DNA from: a virus
Taxonomy: Duplodnaviria > Caudoviricetes
DNA length: 33,173 nt
Direction: 5' to 3' (one strand)
Virus record (IMG/VR): IMGVR_UViG_3300030372_001592
Span: 1 to 33,173 of that record
The translations under genes and the position numbers were made by a program. This document shows positions 16,469 through 25,401 of the stretch, one piece after another (positions within the stretch are counted from its first letter, which is position 1; every line of letters starts with the position of its first letter). Under the pieces are notes generated by a model. The model was not told the DNA's origin and ran no database searches. It saw only the letters and a list, made by a program, of their open reading frames with translations.

Positions 16469-19400
16469 TGCCTAAATTTATTTCTGGGTCTGGTGGAGGT
16501 GGAGGCGGAAAAGGTGGAGGCGGTGGAGGTTCTTCACCTGTAACTGATCCTGATACTTTAAATAGTAGGAGTTTTGCGAGAATTCTTGATTTAGTAGGAG
16601 AAGGGGAAATACAAGGTCTATATGATCCTGGCCCAGCGAATGTGGATGACACTTGGCAACGATCAATTTTTTTAGACAATGTTCCTTTGCAAAATGGTGA
16701 TGGTACATTTAATTTTCCAGATGTAACAGTTGGAACACGCAACGGGACTTCAATTCAATCGCTTATTCCAGGCTTCCAATCAACAGCTAGTCCTATTATT
16801 GATGGGAGAGAAATTCAGGCCGTTGGTCGTGTTATTGAGATCACAGATAAAAGTGTTGATGCCGTTGTGATAGATCTAGGTTTTCCTCGGTTGCAGAAAG
16901 TTAAAGAAAACGGTGATACACAAGGGACTGAAGTTAAGTATAAGTTTCAACGCTCTTTGAACAATGGTAGCTTTACAGACTTAACAGTTAATGGCTCTAT
17001 TGAACAAAAAGTAAAAGGTAGAACAGGTGATTTATATCAAAAACAATATGAGTTCTTGTTGGATGGAATAAATCCAAGTCAGTTTCCAGTTCAGTTTAAA
17101 GTTATTAGGATTTCAGATGAAGATTCAACTATTGAAACCTCTAATGATGACTTAATATCTCATCAAAGTAAGGTTTATATTCAAAGTTATCAACTAATAA
17201 AAAACCAAGACGCAATACAATCAGCTAGTTATTCTCAGTCAGGAAATACAATAAGTGTAACCACTTCAGATCCTCATAACCAACGAGTAGGGAATAGTTT
17301 AGGTTTTACGTTTACAAGTGGTACAGCAGTTAACCAAAACATGACGGTAGCTACTGTTACGTCATCTGGGAATTTTACTGTTCAACATACAGATTCTAAG
17401 AATACAAGCGGAACTTGCACTTTTGGTCAGAGATTTAATTATCCAAACTCCGCCTTAATAGGTCTTCGAGTAGATGCAGAGCAGTTTAATTCAATTCCAA
17501 AACGCTCTTATATAGTAAGGGGAATTAAAGTACTAATACCAGGAACAAGTGGAGGCAAGACTCCAACAGTTGACCAAAACAATGGAAGAATTATTTATCC
17601 ATCTGGATACATATTTAATGGAACATTATCAAGTAGTCCTCAATGGTGTAGCGATCCAGCCTGGTGCTTATATGATCTTTTAACAGCTAACCGTTATGGC
17701 TGTGGTCAATTCATTCAACCAAGCCAATTAGACGTTTACAGTTTCTATGCTGTAAGTAAATATTGTTCTGAGCTTGTTACCTTTAAAGACAGATTAAACA
17801 CAGGCGTTGTTTCAACAATTTCAGAACCAAGGTTTAGCTTGAATGTAAATATTCAAGTAAGGGCTGATGCTTTTAAAGTTATAAATTCACTTTGTTCTGT
17901 ATTCAGAGGGATGCCTGTTTATTCGGCAGGCAGTTTAAACCTTATACAAGACAGACCAGGACAAGACCCTACATTTCTCTTCACCAAAGCAAATGTGACA
18001 GAGGAGGGCTTTCAATATGCAGGCACATCAAAGAAGACAAGAGCGACAGTAGCAGTTGTTAAATACTTTGATAATGAGTTAAGAGATGCGGCCTACGAGG
18101 AGGTTCTTGATGAGGATGCGATGGCTAAGTACGGCGTTGTTACTAAAGCTATAGATAGTTACGGTGTTACTTCAAGGTATCAAGCAAGAAGACTTGGAAA
18201 ATGGTTGTTAACATCGCTTGCGACTGAAACCGACATGGTTTCTTTTACTACGACTTTAGAAGCTGGTTCTTTATGCAGGCCAGGTGATGTAATCGAAATT
18301 CAAGATGAAGTAAAGAGTGGGTTGAGAAGAGGCGGGAAAATAGCAGTAGTAGAAATTGTTGGGTCAAATCATGTGATAACAGTGGATGATGATGCTACAA
18401 ATCAAACTGATTTAGGTTCTGATTACAGTGGTGATTTAAGTGTTATCTTGCCTGATGGTCAAGTCTCTTCAAAGACAGTTTCTAGTATTGATGTCTCTTC
18501 CAAAAAGATAACAATATCAGGTCAGTTTCAAAAGAAAACAAATGATCCAAGTGGTAATACTCCAGATCATCCTGATTATGTTCCTACTTTTCAAAATGCA
18601 AGTCCTAATGTTGGGTCTATTTGGATATTAGAAACTTCAAATCCGAATAATACTGTTCAGTCTCAACAATATAAGGTTCTTGGTGTAGAAGAAAAAGATG
18701 ATTTTCAGTTTGGAATAGTAGCGTCATTACATAATGAGACTAAATATGCAGCAGTAGAACAAAGTGAGACTTTAGATCATAGGAATTTTACTAATCTGGA
18801 TCAGATCCCCTTGCCTCCATCTCAGTTTGCTTCTGGATTCCCTACAGAACAGCTTTATAGATATAGAGATCAAATAAAAGTTAGAGTTCTAGTCGCTTGG
18901 AAGCCTGTTAACGGAGTCAACAGATACGAAGTTACTTACAATCAAGACAATAAAGGTGATGTTGTTGTTGTCACTCAAAGTCCTACCTTTGACATAAATG
19001 ATGTAATCATAGACTCCTCTTCTACTACTTCTATTTTTGATATTAAAGTCAAAAGTGTCAGTGGTAGTGGTAAGAAATCAACGACATCTTTAAACAATGT
19101 TTTAACTGTTCAAGGCAAAAACGCCAAGCCGAGTCAAGTTAGTGATACTTTTACAGGAACAGTAGATCCAAGATTAGGAATTAATTTGACATGGACTGAA
19201 AATACTCCTACTGCTCCAGCTTTTGCAGATTTAGATATAAGAGGATATATCATCAAGAGAGGAGTTAACTATGGAAATGGAACGCTAATTGGAGAATTTA
19301 AGTCAACTAGCGTAATTATTCCAACTCTTCCTAGTCCTGCTGAAGACTCACAAACATACACGATAAAAGCTGTTGATACTGATGGAAATGAAAGCGAACT

Positions 19401-21348
19401 TGCAAGGTCTTCTGGTGCTATAAGCCTTGTAAATCCTAGTCCAGTTGTAGAAGGTACTATTTCACATGAATTTAAAGATGATAATTTAACTATTAACTGG
19501 GAACCTCCTGTTTTAACAACAGGGCAGTTTGCCGTCAAAGAGTATGAAATTTTTAATGATAATCAAAGTTTAGGAATCACAAGTTCAACAACATTTTCTT
19601 TGCCTGTTACTTTCGATTCGGATTTCGTTTTTAAAATTAAGACGATAGATATTATCGGCAAATCTTCGACTACAACAACAAAAACTATTCCTTTCGTAAA
19701 AGCTTCTGCTCCGAATATATCTTTTGTATTTGAAGGTACAAAATTAAGATTGATGTGGACTGCTCCAACTCAAGGCAGTATGAAAATAAAAGAATACGAG
19801 ATAAGAAGAAGTGCTGCGAATATTAGCGATATTAGTGGAGCAGCTTTTGTAGATAAGATTAATTCAGATAGTTATTTGTTAGATATTGAGTCAACTGTTT
19901 TTGCTCCTAATGTTGCAGTCAGATTTTGGGTTAGGGCTGTAGATGCTAATGGTAATACAGGCGATGCTGGTCAAACAGGCGTAGCGGGAACAAACTATCC
20001 TGATGTCGTTTTAGCTCTTCCGCCTGCACCCGCAAATTTGACTGCTGTTGTTCAGGCTGACAATGCTTTTGTTAGTTGGGATGCTGTTGCCACCTCAGTT
20101 GATACAAACAATAAAATAAATGGACTTCCTATCTCTGATTATCGAGTGTATAGAGAAGCAGCAACAGCTACTTCTGTAGGAACTGCTGATTTTCAGTCAA
20201 ATGCAACACAACTTACAGAGAAAGTTTCGTGGACAGATTTACAGCAAAAATATTTTGTTAGAGCTATTGACTCTAATGGTAATGAGGGTGTCCTAAGCGA
20301 AGTTCTTTTCTCAATACAGATTCCTGCTGCTCCTACAAATGTAACTAATGAGGTTATTGATAACAATGTTCTTTTCAGGTGGACTGAAAGTGCAGTTGCA
20401 TCTAATCAACTACCAATTATTCATTACAACATTTATAAAGACAGCATTAGTGCTGGGAATTTAATCGGGCAAAAACAAGGAACATTTACTTCTGTGTTTG
20501 AACAAGTGGGAGGAGAATTTACATATTTCTTAGTACCTATAAATAGTGCAGGGGTGGCAGGAACACACGCTCAGACATTGGCAAACGTCAATCAGCCACC
20601 AGATTTCGTATTAACTCAAGATGGTGTTAGTCAGTTAGATGGTACAAAAATTAACGGTGTTCTTGAGAGTGGTGATTTATTCTTCTGTGTGAATCCAAAT
20701 AGAACTTGGAAGCAACATTTTGACCCAAACGACAACGATACGTCTCGAACTTTTGGTGTTTATGGTGCTTCCACTGTTTATGCTTTACCTACTGAAAACT
20801 CAGGGAGTTACACGGAAATAATAGATTTAGGTGCTGTAATTTCTTCAACTCGAATACAATCGACTTTAGCTGTAGACGCTGATTCAAATGTAGGAAGTAT
20901 GACTATTACCCCTCAACTTCAAACGAGTCTTACTGGTGCTGCTAACAGTTATACAAACGCTGGAACAAATGAAGATAATGTTTTGGCTTCCAACTTTAGA
21001 TATATAAAAGTTAGTTATACCTTTACTGGATCAAATCAAGGTTCTTTAAGGAAAATTACTTCTTTAAGGACTAAAACCTTCTTGAAACGATTAACAGATC
21101 AAGGGAGTACAACTGTTACTCAATCAGATGTAGATGCTGGCAATGGAAAATCAGTTAATTTCGCTGAAACTTTTGTAGATGTTACAGCTATTGCTTTAAC
21201 GATAAGAGGAACAAGTGGTAATGCTAAATATGCCATATATGATTTTGTGGATGCTGCAAATCCCCACCAAGGATTTAAAGTATATCTATACGACAACAGT
21301 GGGAACAGTACCACTGGAATAGTTGATTACACAGTCAGAGGAGTTTAA
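16468..21348 (+). CDS. Central tail tip / host-specificity protein (lambda gpJ-like) with about six FN3-like repeats
   Basis: ILDLVGEGEIQGL, YPNSALIGL.VDAEQF, WCSDPAW.LYDLLT..RYG, EPRF and RPGDVIEI.D motifs. Repeated Y/F.IKAVD..GN-type motifs at about 18800-20600. Confidence 0.93.
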   Translation: MPKFISGSGGGGGGKGGGGGGSSPVTDPDTLNSRSFARILDLVGEGEIQGLYDPGPANVDDTWQRSIFLDNVPLQNGDGTFNFPDVTVGTRNGTSIQSLIPGFQSTASPIIDGREIQAVGRVIEITDKSVDAVVIDLGFPRLQKVKENGDTQGTEVKYKFQRSLNNGSFTDLTVNGSIEQKVKGRTGDLYQKQYEFLLDGINPSQFPVQFKVIRISDEDSTIETSNDDLISHQSKVYIQSYQLIKNQDAIQSASYSQSGNTISVTTSDPHNQRVGNSLGFTFTSGTAVNQNMTVATVTSSGNFTVQHTDSKNTSGTCTFGQRFNYPNSALIGLRVDAEQFNSIPKRSYIVRGIKVLIPGTSGGKTPTVDQNNGRIIYPSGYIFNGTLSSSPQWCSDPAWCLYDLLTANRYGCGQFIQPSQLDVYSFYAVSKYCSELVTFKDRLNTGVVSTISEPRFSLNVNIQVRADAFKVINSLCSVFRGMPVYSAGSLNLIQDRPGQDPTFLFTKANVTEEGFQYAGTSKKTRATVAVVKYFDNELRDAAYEEVLDEDAMAKYGVVTKAIDSYGVTSRYQARRLGKWLLTSLATETDMVSFTTTLEAGSLCRPGDVIEIQDEVKSGLRRGGKIAVVEIVGSNHVITVDDDATNQTDLGSDYSGDLSVILPDGQVSSKTVSSIDVSSKKITISGQFQKKTNDPSGNTPDHPDYVPTFQNASPNVGSIWILETSNPNNTVQSQQYKVLGVEEKDDFQFGIVASLHNETKYAAVEQSETLDHRNFTNLDQIPLPPSQFASGFPTEQLYRYRDQIKVRVLVAWKPVNGVNRYEVTYNQDNKGDVVVVTQSPTFDINDVIIDSSSTTSIFDIKVKSVSGSGKKSTTSLNNVLTVQGKNAKPSQVSDTFTGTVDPRLGINLTWTENTPTAPAFADLDIRGYIIKRGVNYGNGTLIGEFKSTSVIIPTLPSPAEDSQTYTIKAVDTDGNESELARSSGAISLVNPSPVVEGTISHEFKDDNLTINWEPPVLTTGQFAVKEYEIFNDNQSLGITSSTTFSLPVTFDSDFVFKIKTIDIIGKSSTTTTKTIPFVKASAPNISFVFEGTKLRLMWTAPTQGSMKIKEYEIRRSAANISDISGAAFVDKINSDSYLLDIESTVFAPNVAVRFWVRAVDANGNTGDAGQTGVAGTNYPDVVLALPPAPANLTAVVQADNAFVSWDAVATSVDTNNKINGLPISDYRVYREAATATSVGTADFQSNATQLTEKVSWTDLQQKYFVRAIDSNGNEGVLSEVLFSIQIPAAPTNVTNEVIDNNVLFRWTESAVASNQLPIIHYNIYKDSISAGNLIGQKQGTFTSVFEQVGGEFTYFLVPINSAGVAGTHAQTLANVNQPPDFVLTQDGVSQLDGTKINGVLESGDLFFCVNPNRTWKQHFDPNDNDTSRTFGVYGASTVYALPTENSGSYTEIIDLGAVISSTRIQSTLAVDADSNVGSMTITPQLQTSLTGAANSYTNAGTNEDNVLASNFRYIKVSYTFTGSNQGSLRKITSLRTKTFLKRLTDQGSTTVTQSDVDAGNGKSVNFAETFVDVTAIALTIRGTSGNAKYAIYDFVDAANPHQGFKVYLYDNSGNSTTGIVDYTVRGV

Positions 21349-23049
21349 ATGTCCGATTGGTCAAAACCTGCTTTAACTAGCACTTATACAGCTTTCATAT
21401 CCGAATTAAAATATCGAGATGAAGTTGTAGGTTCTTTATATTCAACGGATCTATCTCCTGCACCAAGTAATTTACCTGCGGATGCTTCAACCAATTGGGG
21501 GAAAAGATCAATAAGGTGGAACGCTACTAATAAATATTTTGAAAGAAGAAATGCTGCGAACAATGGATGGGAGAGATTAGAGACTGGAGCAGATGCAGCA
21601 AGTTCGGTTCATAATTTTCTCAATATTGGAGCGACAAATGTTACTGCGACAGGAACAGTATCAGGCGATGATCTGACTGCTACAGATCAGTTAGAAGCTG
21701 CAAGAGTTAATGTCACAGGTGACACAACTCCTGTAAATGGTGTCTATTTACCTTCTGCTAATGAACTTTCATTCGTTACCGATAGCAATAGACGAATAAC
21801 TATTGAGTCAGACGGAAAGGTTGGAATTGGTACAAATACAGCAAATAAAGAGCTTGAAATTCAAGGGAATGTGAGAATTCAAAATGATACGGGTGATACT
21901 GCTTTAGAGATAGGACTTGTTCAAAGTGGTGCTACAGCAGGAAGGGAAGCTTCGATTGCTTTGGCAGGTGATTCTACTTATACAGCAGGTGCGTTTACGT
22001 TAAAAAGGAATAAGACTGGAAGTCCAGACTCAAGAAATGCTTCTACTCAGATCACTCACAGAGGAACGGGTGACTTTATTTTTGAGGCGACTGAAGCTGC
22101 TGATATTTTGTTTAAGACAACTGATACAACAAGGTTTGTTATTGATTCAGGTGGGAACCTTGGAATTGGAAATGTTACAGCCCCAGGTGCAAATATCCAT
22201 ATCAAACGAACTGATGCTGCTGGGCAATTTATAAAATTTGAAAACAGTGAAGGATCAGCATATATAAGAGGTGATGCTGACAAGCTTTACATAGATGCAG
22301 ACGAGGTTTTAATAAGAAACGAGGCTGGAACTGATTTGATTTCTGCAACAGAGTCTTTATTTACTTGTAAAAAAAATGCTCAATTTGATGGAAACTTAAC
22401 AGTTACAGGACAGATAAATGCAACGATTCAAGGTTCTTCTGCTTCAGCAAATACATTAACGACAGCAAGAAAGATTGCTAATGTTGATTTTGATGGATCG
22501 GCTGATATTTCGTTAAACAATAATCAAATTACTAATGGTGCTGGCTACACGACATTCACAGCGAATCAAGCTTTAAATACAAATAGTAATGTCACTTTCA
22601 GTCAAGGTGTTTTCAATGGTTCAGTTTATGTAAATGATGATGACAACGAAAGTAATATATACATGGGAGACCAAGATGATGGTCAACGAAGAATTAAAAA
22701 CGATAGCAATAAAATTGGATTTCTTACGCAAGCTGGTGGTGATGGTGCTTACTGTGATGATTCTGGAAACTGGACAGCAGTTGGAAACCTTACGGCTTAT
22801 TCAGACGAAAGGTTGAAAGAAAATATTCAAACAATTCCTAGTGCTTTAGAAACAGTTAAAAAACTCAGAGGTGTTTCATTCACCAAGAAAGACTCAGGAG
22901 TTAAGGGGATTGGAGTTATTGCTCAAGAGATAGAAAAAGTTTTGCCAGAAGTCGTTTTAGATGGTGAGTTTAAAAGTGTCTCTTATGGAAATATTATTGG
23001 CTTGTTAATTGAAGCCATTAAAGAGTTAAGCGAAAAAGCTGAAAAATAA
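21349..23049 (+). CDS. Tail fibre with C-terminal intramolecular chaperone (peptidase S74)
   Basis: GKVGIGT/GNLGIGN repeats. AYSDERLKENI..GVIAQE.EKVLPEVV..VSYG.I..LLIEAIKEL. Confidence 0.85.
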   Translation: MSDWSKPALTSTYTAFISELKYRDEVVGSLYSTDLSPAPSNLPADASTNWGKRSIRWNATNKYFERRNAANNGWERLETGADAASSVHNFLNIGATNVTATGTVSGDDLTATDQLEAARVNVTGDTTPVNGVYLPSANELSFVTDSNRRITIESDGKVGIGTNTANKELEIQGNVRIQNDTGDTALEIGLVQSGATAGREASIALAGDSTYTAGAFTLKRNKTGSPDSRNASTQITHRGTGDFIFEATEAADILFKTTDTTRFVIDSGGNLGIGNVTAPGANIHIKRTDAAGQFIKFENSEGSAYIRGDADKLYIDADEVLIRNEAGTDLISATESLFTCKKNAQFDGNLTVTGQINATIQGSSASANTLTTARKIANVDFDGSADISLNNNQITNGAGYTTFTANQALNTNSNVTFSQGVFNGSVYVNDDDNESNIYMGDQDDGQRRIKNDSNKIGFLTQAGGDGAYCDDSGNWTAVGNLTAYSDERLKENIQTIPSALETVKKLRGVSFTKKDSGVKGIGVIAQEIEKVLPEVVLDGEFKSVSYGNIIGLLIEAIKELSEKAEK

Positions 23050-23072
23050 GAGACGATTTGTTTGAGAAGGTT

Positions 23073-23078
23073 TATAAT
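23073..23078 (+). promoter_or_regulatory. Candidate -10 element upstream of the second fibre cluster
   Basis: Perfect TATAAT in a 53-nt intergenic gap. Poor -35 (GAGACG at 17-nt spacing). Confidence 0.35.
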
Positions 23079-23102
23079 TAAGGGATATTATCTTTATTTT
23101 GA

Positions 23103-23372
23103 ATGTCTTCTATCTCTGAACTTCGCACTCAAGCAAAAGCAAGTATCGCTGCGTTAGATGCTGAATTTACTCAATTAACAAAAGCTGTTGCTTCTGCGAA
23201 TGAAAGAAAAAATACAATTATATTAGAAGTAAATGTTCTTCAAGGAAAAATTGCAGCTTATAATGAGATCGAGCCTGAAACTAAGGCAACGGCTGAAGTG
23301 ACACCTATTACAGATGCTCCTTCTGCAAATGCTGAAGCTGAAGCTGAAGTTGATCCTGACGATGCGTCCTAA
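23103..23372 (+). CDS. Hypothetical coiled-coil protein with acidic tail
   Basis: Heptad-like N-terminal 55 aa and an E/A/D/P-rich C-terminus. Sits within the fibre cluster. Confidence 0.6.
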   Translation: MSSISELRTQAKASIAALDAEFTQLTKAVASANERKNTIILEVNVLQGKIAAYNEIEPETKATAEVTPITDAPSANAEAEAEVDPDDAS

Positions 23373-23377
23373 CCGAA

Positions 23378-23728
23378 ATGGCAGTTAATCCAGCACTAAG
23401 AAATTTCACGTTACAGAGAGCCTCTGACTGGAGTGAGCAGTACATCATTGAGACAACTCAAGCAGACGGCTCTACTGTTGCGATGAACTTAACTGGATAC
23501 ACTATTGAGGCGGAAGCTTGGGATAAAGAAAGATTTCTTAAATACGCTGATTTCGGTGTTACTTATGACGACAGAACTAATGGAAAATTTACATTGACTG
23601 TTACCGATACTCAGACAATTGATTTCCCTGACGAACTTTATTACGATGTAATGTTAATAAATGGAAGTGGTTTAAAAGAATTTTACTTAGAGGGTCGTAT
23701 TAAAGTGAGTGAAGGATATACTAGATAA
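23378..23728 (+). CDS. BppU-like fibre adaptor (Ig-like)
   Basis: NLTGYT.EA, GKFTLT.T..QT, YYDV.L and YLEG.I.VSEG.TR pattern typical of phage adaptor domains. Confidence 0.65.
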   Translation: MAVNPALRNFTLQRASDWSEQYIIETTQADGSTVAMNLTGYTIEAEAWDKERFLKYADFGVTYDDRTNGKFTLTVTDTQTIDFPDELYYDVMLINGSGLKEFYLEGRIKVSEGYTR

Positions 23729-23946
23729 TGACGAACTCTAATACTGTGTCTGTCAACGCCGCTAAAATTGTCAAAATTGTCACCGCTGGGCCTCAAGGCC
23801 CAGTCGGGCCAGCAGGAGAGGGATTGGATCTCGATTCAACAGGCAAGGTTGCTGGAAGTGTTGTTTATTACGACTCTACAACAGCTAAATTCAAGGCAGA
23901 CGCAACACGCACAGTAGAAAACTTGGTAGACGGCGGCAATTTTTAA
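23728..23946 (+). CDS. Short fibre connector with collagen-like triplets, ending DGGNF
   Basis: GPQGPVGPAGEG and C-terminal LVDGGNF. TAATG coupling with the upstream gene. Confidence 0.65.
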   Translation: MTNSNTVSVNAAKIVKIVTAGPQGPVGPAGEGLDLDSTGKVAGSVVYYDSTTAKFKADATRTVENLVDGGNF

Positions 23947-23990
23947 CCTCTGTCTCTTAACAGTCTTCTCTTTCACCCCTATTAAGACTC

Positions 23991-25370
23991 ATGGCAAACA
24001 CCTTAAGACTAAAGAGAAGCACTGGCTCCTCTAACCCTGGTTCATTAGCAAATGCAGAACCCGCCTTTAGAGAAGGCGATGAAGTTCTAGTCATTGGTGT
24101 CGGTACAGGGGGAGCAGGAGGTTCGGCTACATCTATTGTTCCTATAGGTGGTAAAGGAGCTTTTTGGGATAAAGCAACAAGTCAAACAGCTAATTATGTA
24201 CTTGCCGCACCTAATGGAAGTGCAGGTGCAGCAGCTTATAGGGCTTTAGTAGCAGACGATATACCTTCATTAGCAACTGCAAAAATAACTGGGTTTGATA
24301 CACAAGTAAGGACTAATAGACTTGACCAATTAGCTGCTGCGACTTCACCTCTTACTGGTGTAACTCCTAGTGCCTCGACTCATCTTGCGACAAAAGCTTA
24401 TGTTGACCAAACAAGTCAAGGTTTAGATATAAAGCAATCCGTTCAAGCTGCTACAACTGCGAACATCACACTTGCAAATACCCAAACTGTAGACGGTGTT
24501 TCCCTTAGTGCTGGAGATAGAGTTCTTGTTAAAGACCAAAGTACACAAACCGAAAATGGTATTTACGTTGTAGTAAGTGGTGGCTCTTGGACTAGGGCGG
24601 CTGATCTTGCTTCTGGTAGCGATGCTGCTGGTTCATTCTGCTTCATCGAAGGAGGTTCTACCTACGGAGACGTTGGTTTCGTTTGCTCTTCTGATAAAGG
24701 AAGTGCAGTAGTAGCAACGAACAACCTTGCTTTCACTCAGTTCTCTGGCGTGGCTGGTGTTAGTGCTGGAACAGGCTTAGATAAGACTGGAAACGAAATA
24801 AGTCTTGACCTTAAAGCTAACTCTGGTGTCGTTATTGACAGCACCGAGTTATCTCTTGACCTTTCTGCTTCTGGAATCTCAGGAACTCTTGCTATTAGCG
24901 ATGGAGGAACAGGTGCAACCACAGCAGGAGGTATTCGATCTGCACTTTCTTTAGTTGTTGGTACAGATATTCAGGCTTTTGACGCTGACTTGGCGGCACT
25001 TGCAGGATTAACAAGTGCAGCGAACAAGCTTCCATACTTCACTGGTTCAGGTGCGGCTGGAGTGGCTGACTTCACAGCATTTGGTCGCAGTTTGGTTGAT
25101 GACGCTGACGCAGCAGCAGCCAGAGCAACTCTTGGAATTGGGATCGGCTCAGATGTTCAGGCATTTGACCAGCAGTTGTCTGATGTTGCGGGACTCGCTG
25201 TCACAGACGGTGGTTTCATTGTTGGTGATGGTTCTAACTTTGTCCTCGAAACAGGAGCGACAGCAAGAGCAAGCTTAGGTCTTGGTTCAATGGCTACTCA
25301 AGCAAGTAACGCTGTCAACATTGATGGTGGAACTATTGATGGTGTAGAAATTGATGGAGGTTCCTTCTAG
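23991..25370 (+). CDS. Fibre protein (proximal or middle segment)
   Basis: N-terminal LRLKRS. KQSVQAATTANITL..VDGV.L.AGDRVLVKDQ...ENGIY...WTRA.D domain, repeated G.D.QAFD..L..AGL and C-terminal IDGGSF. Confidence 0.75.
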   Translation: MANTLRLKRSTGSSNPGSLANAEPAFREGDEVLVIGVGTGGAGGSATSIVPIGGKGAFWDKATSQTANYVLAAPNGSAGAAAYRALVADDIPSLATAKITGFDTQVRTNRLDQLAAATSPLTGVTPSASTHLATKAYVDQTSQGLDIKQSVQAATTANITLANTQTVDGVSLSAGDRVLVKDQSTQTENGIYVVVSGGSWTRAADLASGSDAAGSFCFIEGGSTYGDVGFVCSSDKGSAVVATNNLAFTQFSGVAGVSAGTGLDKTGNEISLDLKANSGVVIDSTELSLDLSASGISGTLAISDGGTGATTAGGIRSALSLVVGTDIQAFDADLAALAGLTSAANKLPYFTGSGAAGVADFTAFGRSLVDDADAAAARATLGIGIGSDVQAFDQQLSDVAGLAVTDGGFIVGDGSNFVLETGATARASLGLGSMATQASNAVNIDGGTIDGVEIDGGSF

Positions 25371-25401
25371 GCAACTTTCACTTAAATAGGAGGACTTTCT
25401 T

